Below, piece after piece: positions 40,220-49,573 of a DNA stretch of 64,000 bases (positions within the stretch are counted from its first letter, which is position 1; every line of letters begins with the position of its first letter). The stretch is from an uncultured Bacteroides sp. Its GTDB lineage: Bacteria; Bacteroidota; Bacteroidia; Bacteroidales; Bacteroidaceae. The notes beneath the pieces were generated by a model. That model was not told the DNA's origin. It was given only the letters and a program-made list of their open reading frames with translations, and ran no database searches. Where the stretch lies: positions 1,247,946 to 1,311,945 of the forward strand of contig OY780936.1 in assembly GCA_963675905.1 (NCBI GenBank), in the 5' to 3' direction. The position numbers were made by a program, and so were the translations under genes.

Positions 40220-41215
40220 CTAAGGCACCTCTACCTTATTAAGAATCTTGCTTACTATCTCGTCTGATGTAATATTACTTGCTTCTGCTTCATAAGTCAG
40301 TCCGATACGGTGACGAAGTACATCATGAGCAATTGCACGAACGTCTTCAGGAATTACATATCCGCGTCTCTTAATGAAAGCATAAGTACGAGCTGCAAGT
40401 GCCAGATTTATTGAAGCACGTGGAGATCCACCGAAGCTGATCATCTCTTTTAGTTCGTTCAAACCGTACTTTTCTGGATAACGAGTAGCAAACACAATAT
40501 CAACAATATATCTTTCAATCTTTTCATCCAGATAAACGTCACGAACAACCTTTCTTGCCTCTAGAATTTCGTCTGCACTTAGTATTGGCTTAACATCAAA
40601 TTTTGCTCCGCTGATATTCTGGCGAATAATTAATTTTTCTTCTTCCTGCTTTGGATAATCAATAACCACCTTCAGCATAAAACGGTCGACCTGTGCTTCG
40701 GGAAGCATATAAGTACCTTCTTGTTCTATTGGGTTCTGAGTAGCAAGTACCAGGAATGGTTCCGGAAGTTTAAAAGTAGTTTTGCCTAGAGTAACCTGTC
40801 TTTCCTGCATTGCTTCAAGCAAAGCACTCTGAACTTTTGCCGGAGCACGGTTTATTTCATCTGCTAATATAAAATTAGCAAAGATAGGCCCTTTCTTTAC
40901 TACGAAAGTTTCGTCTTTCTGACTGTAAATCATGGTACCCACTACGTCGGCCGGTAATAAGTCGGGCGTAAATTGAACACGGCTATATTTTGCATCAATC
41001 AAAGAAGCCAGTGTTTTAATTGCCAATGTTTTTGCAAGTCCCGGTACACCTTCAAGAAGAACGTGTCCATCAGACAATAATCCAATCAACAAAGACTCTA
41101 CTAAATGTTTTTGTCCCACAATTACCTGATCCATCCCCATCATGAGGTTGGTCACAAATGCGCTTTGCTTTTCAATCCGTGCATTCAACTCACGAATATC
41201 AATTGATTCGGCCAT
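40220..41215 (-). CDS. moxR: MoxR family AAA+ ATPase
   Basis: Motifs LLEGVPGLAKT, FTPDLLPAD, LADEINRAPAKVQSALLEAMQE, ATQNPIEQEGTY.LPEAQ.DRF. TATTTTTG on the minus strand at 41296-41303. Confidence 0.95.
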   Translation of the reverse strand: MAESIDIRELNARIEKQSAFVTNLMMGMDQVIVGQKHLVESLLIGLLSDGHVLLEGVPGLAKTLAIKTLASLIDAKYSRVQFTPDLLPADVVGTMIYSQKDETFVVKKGPIFANFILADEINRAPAKVQSALLEAMQERQVTLGKTTFKLPEPFLVLATQNPIEQEGTYMLPEAQVDRFMLKVVIDYPKQEEEKLIIRQNISGAKFDVKPILSADEILEARKVVRDVYLDEKIERYIVDIVFATRYPEKYGLNELKEMISFGGSPRASINLALAARTYAFIKRRGYVIPEDVRAIAHDVLRHRIGLTYEAEASNITSDEIVSKILNKVEVP

Positions 41216-41417
41216 AATTTTTTATAATACTTATTGTTTTTACTTTTATAAATAAAGAAAAAGACTTTTAGAAAAGGACTTTTCTTTTCGAGTTCCAAAA
41301 ATACTCTTTATAATTTAGTACAGCAACTAAATTTTATTAAAAAAAGATGCATAGTGTTTAGATTTTGGATGATTGGGCAGCAAAGTGATAAAACATAAGG
41401 TTTAAAAGAGATTCCCT

Positions 41418-41500
41418 TGTACAAAAGAATAAAATCTTTTGTACAAGGGAATTAATTGTTTTGTACAGAACATTGCATTCTTTTGTACAAGCATGCAATA
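41418..41500. repeat. Second four-unit TGTACA array at 22-bp period
   Basis: TGTACA starts at 41418, 41440, 41462, 41484. Units: TGTACAAAAGAATAAAATCTTT / TGTACAAGGGAATTAATTGTTT / TGTACAGAACATTGCATTCTTT / TGTACAAGCATGCAATA. Confidence 0.9.
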
Positions 41501-41516
41501 ACTTAATCTGTAGAAA

Positions 41517-43403
41517 TTATTTCTTAGAACGTAAGTTCGGAATTTTTAGAACAGTTCCGGCAGGAACATTATCCTCATCCTTTATCACTTTCTGATTATG
41601 CTTCAAAATTAGCGTCCATAAATCCTTGGAATTATAGAATTGTTGTGATATTCTCACTAACGATTCACCCTTTTTCACGGTATATGTACTCTTAGTTCCG
41701 GCGATTGTGTAATCATTCGGATTAAGTTTCTCGAGTACTTTCTTTTCTTTCGAATCTGTAGCTTCAGCTTTTTCATTAGCTTTGGCAGATTCTTTTACTA
41801 CAGCAGGTTCTTTATCTTTCTTTTTAGATTCTGCCAGAACTTTTTCTGCTTCGGCAACAGCTCTTTTAGCTTCAGCTTCCGCATTCTTTGTTTCCGTATC
41901 AGTTAATCGGCACATATCCTTTTTGTCTGCAGAAGGAATAGTATCAGGCATTGGCATAGCAACCTCATTTTTCACAGGAACAGAATCGACTTTTGTTGAA
42001 TCTATTGCAGTCTTTTCAGTAGAAGCTGGAACCATACTCATTACAAAATCAGGATTGTATATGTAAGTAAATACGGCTACCGCAAAAACCGAAAGAAAAG
42101 CAATCATGGCAACAAAGTAGTAAATAGTCATTTTAGAATTCTGACTACTAGCTATAGCTTCTTGTTGCACTTTCTCAGCTTTAGCTTTTAGAATCAATTC
42201 TTCGATCAATGCGCCACTTTGTTTAGGAGCACTTTCTTCCTCAGCTTTCTCTGCATGCATTTCTTTTGGAGCAGACACCTCTTTCGGAACAAGCTTTTCT
42301 GCTGAAGTAGGCACTTCTCTCGGCGCAATCACTTCTTTTGGTACAATAACCTCTTTTGGCGTCGGTTCTTCTTTAGGGATAACAGCCAACGATTCATTTG
42401 ATTTTACTATCAAATCCTCTTTAGTTGCTTCAGTATTATGAGATACGGTTACTTTCTTTTCCTTAGATTTTATCTCCAGAGCTTGGGAAATAAACTCTGC
42501 TAATGTAGCAGGAGCCTGAGGTTTATCTACAGCTTCTGCATTATCAGCCTTCATGGAGACATTCTCGTGCTTACCTTTTAAGGGTACTATTTTTTCTAAT
42601 ACTGCAGCTATTGCAGGCTCATCTTCTGTATATTCTTCCGCTAAATCAGATACAGCTTCTACTACTTGAATAGAAGATTCTTCGTTCTGCACATCTTTAC
42701 TCAAGCCAGAAATATCACTTGAATCTATTGGTTCCTCTTGTGCCATTTCAGAAGCAATTGTTTCAACCTCTTCAGGAGAAGTAACAATTTCTTTATCTAT
42801 TTCAGCAGACGATTCTAAAATTTCATCTTCTGTTACAATGGCTTCTTTTTGATTATCAGCATTTACAGATGAGATATTCTCAGAAGATAAGGTATTCTCC
42901 TCTTTTACATTAGTTGTAGTAGGCAGAACTTTTTCCGGTTCTTCTAATTGCATAGAAGAAGTAAGATCTTGATTTTCTCCATTATTAGAAGAAATCTCAT
43001 TTTCTTCCTCAAAAGAAACACCGGTTTCATCTTCATTATCAGAGATTTCATCGGTAACACTCATGCCTTCAAAATCGACCCCTTCATTTAAAATAACCGT
43101 TTCAAAATGAGAAAAAGGCTTATTTATCTGGTCGCGAAGGCTAGCTTCGGGAGTAAACGAAATCTTTGTATGACCTTGTATTTGGAATCTCTCTCCAGTG
43201 TTTACATTTACACTTTCGCGACTATCAACATCTATCAGTTTGAAAGTACCAAAACCTTTTATCTTTACATACTTATCAATTTCAAGTGCTTTTTCAATAA
43301 GAGCAAAAAATTCCTTTAGAAAGTTCTCAGCATCCTTCTTGCTTAACCCTTTCTTCTCGGCAAATAAATCTATCAAATTCTGTATGTTTATTCTTTCACC
43401 CAT
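41517..43403 (-). CDS. HU/IHF-domain - acidic linker - transmembrane helix - LysM domain protein
   Basis: N-terminal HU fold (VKIKGFGTFK...NVNTGE...FTP); about 320-aa E/S/D-rich linker; TM TIYYFVAMIAFLSVFAVAVFTYIY; C-terminal LysM YTVKKGESLVRISQQFY...PAGTVLKIP. Confidence 0.88.
   Translation of the reverse strand: MGERINIQNLIDLFAEKKGLSKKDAENFLKEFFALIEKALEIDKYVKIKGFGTFKLIDVDSRESVNVNTGERFQIQGHTKISFTPEASLRDQINKPFSHFETVILNEGVDFEGMSVTDEISDNEDETGVSFEEENEISSNNGENQDLTSSMQLEEPEKVLPTTTNVKEENTLSSENISSVNADNQKEAIVTEDEILESSAEIDKEIVTSPEEVETIASEMAQEEPIDSSDISGLSKDVQNEESSIQVVEAVSDLAEEYTEDEPAIAAVLEKIVPLKGKHENVSMKADNAEAVDKPQAPATLAEFISQALEIKSKEKKVTVSHNTEATKEDLIVKSNESLAVIPKEEPTPKEVIVPKEVIAPREVPTSAEKLVPKEVSAPKEMHAEKAEEESAPKQSGALIEELILKAKAEKVQQEAIASSQNSKMTIYYFVAMIAFLSVFAVAVFTYIYNPDFVMSMVPASTEKTAIDSTKVDSVPVKNEVAMPMPDTIPSADKKDMCRLTDTETKNAEAEAKRAVAEAEKVLAESKKKDKEPAVVKESAKANEKAEATDSKEKKVLEKLNPNDYTIAGTKSTYTVKKGESLVRISQQFYNSKDLWTLILKHNQKVIKDEDNVPAGTVLKIPNLRSKK
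42258..42365 (-). repeat. Six in-frame 18-bp (hexapeptide) repeats within the HU-LysM linker
   Basis: PTPKEV IVPKEV IAPREV PTSAEK LVPKEV SAPKEM. Confidence 0.8.
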
Positions 43404-43414
43404 AATCTCAAGAC

Positions 43415-43687
43415 TTATTTAAACTTATCTTTAATCACATTGCTCGGCTTGAAATTTATCACGAGCTTTGGTGGTACAAGCATGCGTTGTTTGGTAGCAG
43501 GATTTACTGATATTCGTTCTAATTTCTTTTTCACGTCGAACGTTCCAAATCCTTGAACAACAACAGTATTTCCTTCCTGTAATTGTTCTGACACAACAGA
43601 TACGGCAGAAGAAACCATATCTGATATTTCTTTTGCCGAATACCCCAATCTACCGGATAATTCTGTTATAAATTCTTTATTGTTCAA
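43415..43687 (-). CDS. HU family DNA-binding protein
   Basis: 90 aa. Motifs MNNKEFITELS, QGFGTF, RISVNPAT, FKPS. Confidence 0.93.
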   Translation of the reverse strand: MNNKEFITELSGRLGYSAKEISDMVSSAVSVVSEQLQEGNTVVVQGFGTFDVKKKLERISVNPATKQRMLVPPKLVINFKPSNVIKDKFK

Positions 43688-43767
43688 TGTTTTTCAGTTT
43701 TTTAAAAGCGACTGCTATATTAGTAAATATCTATTGATTAAGCAATTAAAAACCAATAAAAATACAA

Positions 43768-45069
43768 TTATTTAATTACTTCTGCATAAAGATCAAAATC
43801 ATCGGCATCGTTTATCTTAACTTGATAAAAATTTCCAATTTCAAGCTGTTCATCGCCTGCTAATATCAAAACTTCAGGATCTACTTCCGGAGAATCAAAT
43901 TCTGTACGTCCGATATAATAATCTCCTTCCTTTCGATCAATAATTACTTTAAAGCTTTTTCCGATCTTAGCAGCACTCAGTTCGGCAGAAATTCCTTGTT
44001 GAATTTCCATCAATTCATCGAGTCTTTGCTGTTTAATATCCTGTGGTATAGAATCTTCGTAATTATTTGCGGAATAAGTCCCCTCCTCTTCAGAATATGT
44101 AAAAGCCCCCATTCTATCGAATCTTACATGCTTAACAAACTCTTTCAGTTCTTCAAAGTCTGCTTCTGTTTCTCCCGGATGTCCAACCATTAAAGTTGTG
44201 CGCAGATGTATTCCTGGTACCTCTTTGCGGAATTGCTCCATTAAAGTATAGGTCTCAGCTTTAGTAACATGCCTTTTCATCATAGATAACACGTTATCGC
44301 TAATGTGCTGCAAGGCAATATCCATATACTTACATACATTATCGCGTTCACGCATAACACGGAATAAATCTGTAGGGAAATGAGCCGGATAAGCATAATG
44401 AAGACGAATCCATTCTACACCCGGAATATCAGAAATCTTCTCGATTAATTCGGGAAGCATTTGTTTCTTGTAAAGATCAACACCGTAATATGTAAGTTCC
44501 TGTGCTATCACCTGGAATTCTTTAACTCCATTCTCAACAAGATATCTAACCTCGTCAAGTATATCCTCCATAGTTCTTGAGACATGACATCCTGTAATAA
44601 TAGGAATTGCACAATAAGAACATTTTCTATCACAGCCTTCGGATATCTTTAAATAGGCGTAATGTTGAGGAGTAGTAAGCGAACGTTCTATATGAATGCG
44701 CTCATCATATACCTTTCCCAGATCATGGAGCAGATTCTTCCAGTCGAACTTGCCATAAAACTTATCTACAGCAGGAATTTCAACTGCTAATTCTTTTAAA
44801 TATCGTTCAGAAAGACATCCCATAACATAAAGTTTCTTCAATCGTCCTTCTTCTTTCGCCTGAGCGAATTCCAATATCATATTTATGGATTCTTCCTTGG
44901 CATCGCCAATAAACCCGCATGTATTGATTACAGCAATCTCTCCTTCCGGCGATTCTGAATCATGTGTTACACTATAACCATTCTTTTCCAGTTGACGAAT
45001 CAGCTGTTCAGAATCTACTAAATTTTTAGAACATCCAAGTGTAACTAAATCAATCGTATTTTTTCTCAT
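43768..45069 (-). CDS. rimO: Ribosomal protein S12 methylthiotransferase
   Basis: Motifs TLGCSKNLVDSE, NTCGFI, radical SAM CDRKCSYC, C-terminal TRAM; start overlaps the ftsY stop (TAATG). Confidence 0.96.
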   Translation of the reverse strand: MRKNTIDLVTLGCSKNLVDSEQLIRQLEKNGYSVTHDSESPEGEIAVINTCGFIGDAKEESINMILEFAQAKEEGRLKKLYVMGCLSERYLKELAVEIPAVDKFYGKFDWKNLLHDLGKVYDERIHIERSLTTPQHYAYLKISEGCDRKCSYCAIPIITGCHVSRTMEDILDEVRYLVENGVKEFQVIAQELTYYGVDLYKKQMLPELIEKISDIPGVEWIRLHYAYPAHFPTDLFRVMRERDNVCKYMDIALQHISDNVLSMMKRHVTKAETYTLMEQFRKEVPGIHLRTTLMVGHPGETEADFEELKEFVKHVRFDRMGAFTYSEEEGTYSANNYEDSIPQDIKQQRLDELMEIQQGISAELSAAKIGKSFKVIIDRKEGDYYIGRTEFDSPEVDPEVLILAGDEQLEIGNFYQVKINDADDFDLYAEVIK

Positions 45070-46025
45070 TAATTTTCTCCAAATAATGAATCAACAAATT
45101 CTTTTTTGCGGAAGACTTGCAAATCCTCCATTCCTTCACCTAATCCGATATATTTTACCGGAATCTTAAACTGATCTGAAATACCAATTACAACACCACC
45201 TTTAGCAGTACCATCAAGCTTAGTAATTGCCAGTGATGTTACTTCTGTTGCCAAAGTAAACTGTTTAGCTTGTTCAAAAGCATTTTGTCCAGTAGAGCCA
45301 TCTAATACTAATAATACTTCATGAGGAGCATCCGGAACGACTTTCTTCATTACGTTCTTTATCTTGGTTAGCTCATTCATTAAGTTTACTTTATTGTGTA
45401 AACGTCCGGCAGTATCAATAATAACCACATCAGCATTGTTTGCAACAGCAGAGTTTAAAGTATCATAAGCTACAGAAGCAGGATCTGCTCCCATTTTTTG
45501 CCTAATAACAGGTACTCCAACTCTATCTCCCCATATAACTAGCTGTTCTACAGCTGCCGCACGGAAAGTATCTGCAGCTCCAAGATAAACAGATTTGCCG
45601 GCCTTTTTAAATTGATAAGCCATTTTACCAATCGTAGTTGTTTTACCAACTCCATTAACACCAACTACCATGATAACGTATGGCTTTTTATCTGTTGGTG
45701 TGGTAAAATCCTCAAGATCTTCCGAATTATTTTCCATCAATAATGCGGCAATCTCTTCCTTAAGGATCTTATTTAATTCCTGTGCATTTACATATTTGTC
45801 GGAGGCAGCTCTCGCTTCAATTCTTTTGATAATATTCAAGGTAGTTTCTACCCCAACATCCGAGGTTATTAAAACTTCTTCCAAATTATCCAGAACTTCA
45901 TCATCTACTTTTGATTTTCCAGCTACAGCTCTAGCAATCTTACTAAAGACATTTTCTTTGGTTTTAGACAATCCCTTATCTAGAGTCTCTTTCTTTTCTT
46001 TGGAGAAAAAACTTAAAAATCCCAT
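45069..46025 (-). CDS. ftsY: Signal recognition particle receptor
   Basis: Motifs VGVNGVGKTTT, DTFRAAA, IDTAGR, TKLDGTAKGG. TATCTTTG on the minus strand at 46056-46063. Confidence 0.97.
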   Translation of the reverse strand: MGFLSFFSKEKKETLDKGLSKTKENVFSKIARAVAGKSKVDDEVLDNLEEVLITSDVGVETTLNIIKRIEARAASDKYVNAQELNKILKEEIAALLMENNSEDLEDFTTPTDKKPYVIMVVGVNGVGKTTTIGKMAYQFKKAGKSVYLGAADTFRAAAVEQLVIWGDRVGVPVIRQKMGADPASVAYDTLNSAVANNADVVIIDTAGRLHNKVNLMNELTKIKNVMKKVVPDAPHEVLLVLDGSTGQNAFEQAKQFTLATEVTSLAITKLDGTAKGGVVIGISDQFKIPVKYIGLGEGMEDLQVFRKKEFVDSLFGEN

Positions 46026-46083
46026 GTTGATTATAATTAGTAATATATTATGCTACAAAGATATAACAAATACAAATGGCAGC

Positions 46084-46127
46084 AAAAAAAAACTTCCCCT
46101 CATTTTTGCGAATGAGAGGAAGTTTTT
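46084..46127 (-). terminator. Terminator after the rpmB-rpmG-DUF4295 operon
   Basis: AAAAACTTCC(C)CTCATT...AATGAG(A)GGAAGTTTTT hairpin; T-run on the minus strand. Confidence 0.75.
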
Positions 46128-46152
46128 GTCTGTGCCACAAAGACAAAGACTA

Positions 46153-46311
46153 TTATTTTTTGAAAAAGTCCTGAACTTTTTCGTTAGGTACCATTTGTTC
46201 ATCAAAAGAGTAAGCTCCAGTTTTAGGAGATTTAACCATTTTGATAACCTTAGTATAAGAACGACCTTCTTTGGTTCCTTCGTGCAAACTTGCTACTGTT
46301 TTCTTTGCCAT
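46153..46311 (-). CDS. DUF4295 family small protein (missing from the supplied ORF track)
   Basis: Hand translation gives MAKKTVASLHEGTKEGRSYTKVIKMVKSPKTGAYSFDEQMVPNEKVQDFFKK (52 aa), directly after rpmG. Confidence 0.9.
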   Translation of the reverse strand: MAKKTVASLHEGTKEGRSYTKVIKMVKSPKTGAYSFDEQMVPNEKVQDFFKK

Positions 46312-46321
46312 GGTTTATCTC

Positions 46322-46510
46322 TTATTTAATTTCTTTGTGAACTGTTACTTTCTTTAAGATTGGATTGTATTTCTTCAATTCAATTCTTTCTGTAGTATTT
46401 TTTCTATTCTTTGTAGTAATATAACGTGAAGTACCCGGCATACCACTATCCTTGTGTTCTGTACACTCAAGAATAACCTGTACTCTATTACCTTTTGCTT
46501 TCTTTGCCAT
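46322..46510 (-). CDS. rpmG: 50S ribosomal protein L33 (Zn-free type)
   Basis: Motifs [36 protein letters not shown]; no CxxC pairs. Confidence 0.97.
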   Translation of the reverse strand: MAKKAKGNRVQVILECTEHKDSGMPGTSRYITTKNRKNTTERIELKKYNPILKKVTVHKEIK

Positions 46511-46529
46511 AAGTCAATTTCTCCTAAAA

Positions 46530-46790
46530 TTAAGCAATTATTTTAATGCTTTTCCAATCACAAAACCCTTTAGTAACTGCATCGTTCAACGCTGCATCTA
46601 AACCTTTCTTATTAATAGTGCGTAAACCAGCAGCACTAATGCTTAAGCTAATCCAGCAATCTTGTTCTACATAGTAGAACTTCTTAGTAAACAAGTTCAC
46701 ATCAAATGTTCTTTTAGTTCTTCTTTTTGAGTGTGAAACATTGTTGCCAATCATGGCTTTCTTTCCGGTAATTTGACAAATCTTCGACAT
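46530..46790 (-). CDS. rpmB: 50S ribosomal protein L28
   Basis: [29 protein letters not shown]. Confidence 0.97.
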   Translation of the reverse strand: MSKICQITGKKAMIGNNVSHSKRRTKRTFDVNLFTKKFYYVEQDCWISLSISAAGLRTINKKGLDAALNDAVTKGFCDWKSIKIIA

Positions 46791-46911
46791 TTCTATCTTA
46801 TTTTTATAGTTTTCTTACTAGTACTTTCCAAACAGGGCACAAAGTAAGTGAATTTATCAATATAAAACAAGTATTTTACGATTTAATTCACAATTAAACT
46901 GCAATTATTCT

Positions 46912-48144
46912 TCATTTTAGAAGTTTTTGGAGTAATAAAAGAGCATTGTTTGTTGCACGCTCCACATTCAGATCTCTCCCAAAATCAACAACTTGCTTCG
47001 AAGTCAGAATTGTTTTACCATGAGCAGCAGCAATCCAAACAGTTCCAACCGGTTTTTCCTCTGTGCCTCCATCAGGCCCGGCAACTCCAGATACAGCAAC
47101 TGCACAGTCTGTTTTTAGCGCATTCATCGCACCAATTACCATTTCTTTTACAACTTCTTCGCTAACTGCTCCAAACTTTTCTAAAGTTTCATTGGAAACC
47201 TGAAGCAGTTCATGCTTAACTTCATTGGCATATGCTACAATACTTCCTTTAAAATAAGCGGAACATCCGGGAACAGATGTAATTTTCGCAGCAATATTCC
47301 CTCCGGTACAACTTTCTGCTGTAGCGAAAGTCAGATTCTTATCCTTAAGCATCTCTCCAATAATCTCTTCTAACGGAGAATCATTTTCATCAAGTATACT
47401 CTCTCCCAGAATATCATAGAGCTTTGCCCCCTCTGCAAGAACCACAGCACTTATCTCCTCTTCATTATCCCCTCTTCCGGTCAGTCGTAAACGAACAATA
47501 CCCGATTTTGGCAAATAAGCAAGCTTTATACACTCCGGCAGATTATTCTCCCAATCAGTCAAAGCAATGGCTAGTGCCGATTCAGGATAGTTTTTCACTG
47601 AATAGGTTTTATGAACGATGGCTTTCATTTCAAAACGAGCACAGAGTCTTGGAATGATCTCCTCAGTCATATTAAATTTCATTTCCTGAGGTACACCAGG
47701 CATAGAAACCAAAATCTTTCCGTCCTTTTCAAACCAACTAACAGAAGCCGTTCCTACTTTGTTGTTTATAACCGTACAATCTTTAGGAACCAATGCCTGA
47801 GCCTGATTCAAAGGGTTCAGCGTTATTCTGTTTGCCAGAATTCTTTTTATATTTTCAAAAACCTCTTCACTAAAAACAAGTTCCGTACCAAAGTATTTAC
47901 ATAAAGTATGTTTGGTTATATCATCCTTAGTTGGCCCTAATCCACCGGTCATTAAAACAACATCGGCCCTTTTCATCGCAGAGTCTACAGCACCCGTAAT
48001 TTCATCCTCTCTGTCTCTTACTGAAGTAACACGAATTACTTCAAACCCAACATTATTGAGCGCTTTCCCCATCCAGGCAGAGTTCGTATCAATAACCTGT
48101 CCAATAAGCAGCTCATCACCTACTGTAATAATTTCTACAAACAT
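46912..48144 (-). CDS. cinA: CinA family protein (MocF domain plus NMN amidohydrolase PncC)
   Basis: Motifs [46 protein letters not shown]. Confidence 0.94.
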   Translation of the reverse strand: MFVEIITVGDELLIGQVIDTNSAWMGKALNNVGFEVIRVTSVRDREDEITGAVDSAMKRADVVLMTGGLGPTKDDITKHTLCKYFGTELVFSEEVFENIKRILANRITLNPLNQAQALVPKDCTVINNKVGTASVSWFEKDGKILVSMPGVPQEMKFNMTEEIIPRLCARFEMKAIVHKTYSVKNYPESALAIALTDWENNLPECIKLAYLPKSGIVRLRLTGRGDNEEEISAVVLAEGAKLYDILGESILDENDSPLEEIIGEMLKDKNLTFATAESCTGGNIAAKITSVPGCSAYFKGSIVAYANEVKHELLQVSNETLEKFGAVSEEVVKEMVIGAMNALKTDCAVAVSGVAGPDGGTEEKPVGTVWIAAAHGKTILTSKQVVDFGRDLNVERATNNALLLLQKLLK

Positions 48145-48156
48145 AGTTTTCGTCTT

Positions 48157-49176
48157 TTACATTGTTACCCTTGAAAAAGCTGGTAAATCCATCGGGCAAA
48201 AGTCTTTATCTAAATATTTATAATACCCTGTTATAGCAATCATTGCCGCATTATCAGTAGTGTAGCTAAATTTAGGAATATAAATCTTCCAGCCATATTT
48301 TTCAGCATGTTCACGAAAAGCATTACGGAGTCCGTTGTTCGCAGACACTCCACCAGCTATTGCCACTTCTTTAATTTTATAATCCTTTGCAACCTTGCGA
48401 AGTTTACTCATCAGAATGTCAACAACTGTTGCTTCCAGAGAAGCTGCCAAATCATTTTTATGATGCTCTATAAAATCCGGATCCTCTTTCAGATAGTCAC
48501 GTAAAGAGTACAAGAAAGAAGTCTTTAATCCACTAAAACTATAATCATAGCCCGGAATCTGAGGTTTATTAAATGCAAAAGCCTTTGGATTTCCCTGACG
48601 TGCCAATCTATCAATAATTGGTCCACCCGGATAACCTAATCCCATCACTTTAGAACATTTATCAATAGCTTCACCCGCAGCATCGTCAATAGTCTGACCA
48701 AGAACCGTCATATCATTGTATGCTTTTACCAGGATAATTTGAGAATTACCTCCGGAAACAAGTAAGCAAAGAAAAGGAAAATTAGGATGTTCTGTAGCTT
48801 CATCTTTTTCTTTAATAAAATGAGCTAAAACATGCCCATTCAGGTGATTAACATCTACCATTGGAATATTTAAAGAACGGGCAAATCCTTTTGCAAAAGA
48901 AACTCCAACCAACAATGACCCCATCAAGCCTGGGCCACGCGTAAAGGCAACAGCACTCAGTTCTTCTTTGGTTATATTTGCTCTTTTCAAAGCTTCGTTA
49001 ACTACAGGGACAATATTTTGTTGATGTGCTCTTGAAGCCAATTCGGGTACTACCCCGCCATACGATTCATGCACAGCCTGACTGGCTACAACATTCGACA
49101 ACAATACTCCATCTTTGATAACTGCAGCAGAAGTATCATCACAAGATGATTCTATTCCTAATATAATTGTGCTCAT
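48157..49176 (-). CDS. tsaD: tRNA N6-adenosine threonylcarbamoyltransferase
   Basis: Motifs LGIESSCDDTS, GGVVPELASRAH, GPGL.GSL.VG, HLNGH, LLVSGG, TDNAAMI. TACTTTTG on the minus strand at 49200-49207. Confidence 0.97.
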   Translation of the reverse strand: MSTIILGIESSCDDTSAAVIKDGVLLSNVVASQAVHESYGGVVPELASRAHQQNIVPVVNEALKRANITKEELSAVAFTRGPGLMGSLLVGVSFAKGFARSLNIPMVDVNHLNGHVLAHFIKEKDEATEHPNFPFLCLLVSGGNSQIILVKAYNDMTVLGQTIDDAAGEAIDKCSKVMGLGYPGGPIIDRLARQGNPKAFAFNKPQIPGYDYSFSGLKTSFLYSLRDYLKEDPDFIEHHKNDLAASLEATVVDILMSKLRKVAKDYKIKEVAIAGGVSANNGLRNAFREHAEKYGWKIYIPKFSYTTDNAAMIAITGYYKYLDKDFCPMDLPAFSRVTM

Positions 49177-49413
49177 ATTTTCATAATCTTTTTGCAGTGC
49201 AAAAGTACAGTTTTAATTGCTATATTCAATACACCATTTATAAAAAAATTCAATACCCTTGAGAATTCCAAATTTACGCAAATAAAACCTGTCTATTTTA
49301 CATAAACGATATTTTTACATTACTATGATTAATGAAAGATATAGTAAGAGTAGCTTATATCCTTTATTTATACATTCGGGTGAGTATCTTCGTTAGAACA
49401 GAAAACAGCCCAA

Positions 49414-49530
49414 AATAGTGAGGGTAGCCCCCAAAAGTGAGAGTGCAGTTAGGGATAAAAACACTACCATCACCTGCTTATGTATCAGATAATCAAATTA
49501 TTGATTTAAAAAAGTGAGGGAGTGAAGGTA
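49414..49530. repeat. GTGAGGG-rich REP-like element (copy 2)
   Basis: ATAGTGAGGGTAG...AAAAGTGAGAGTG...AAAAAGTGAGGGAGTGAAGGTA; same terminal motif as 18207-18226. Confidence 0.6.
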
Positions 49531-49573
49531 GCTTTTTATTTTTCTGTAGAACTGCAGAAATCTGAGTTCAGTA

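Noticed and set aside
45670-46329. 219-aa plus-strand ORF and the many other 60-150-aa overlapping ORFs in the track
   Set aside because: They are antisense or alternate-frame shadows of well-supported genes (ftsY, gyrA, clpC, htpG, GH35, sbcC etc.) with no recognisable motifs.
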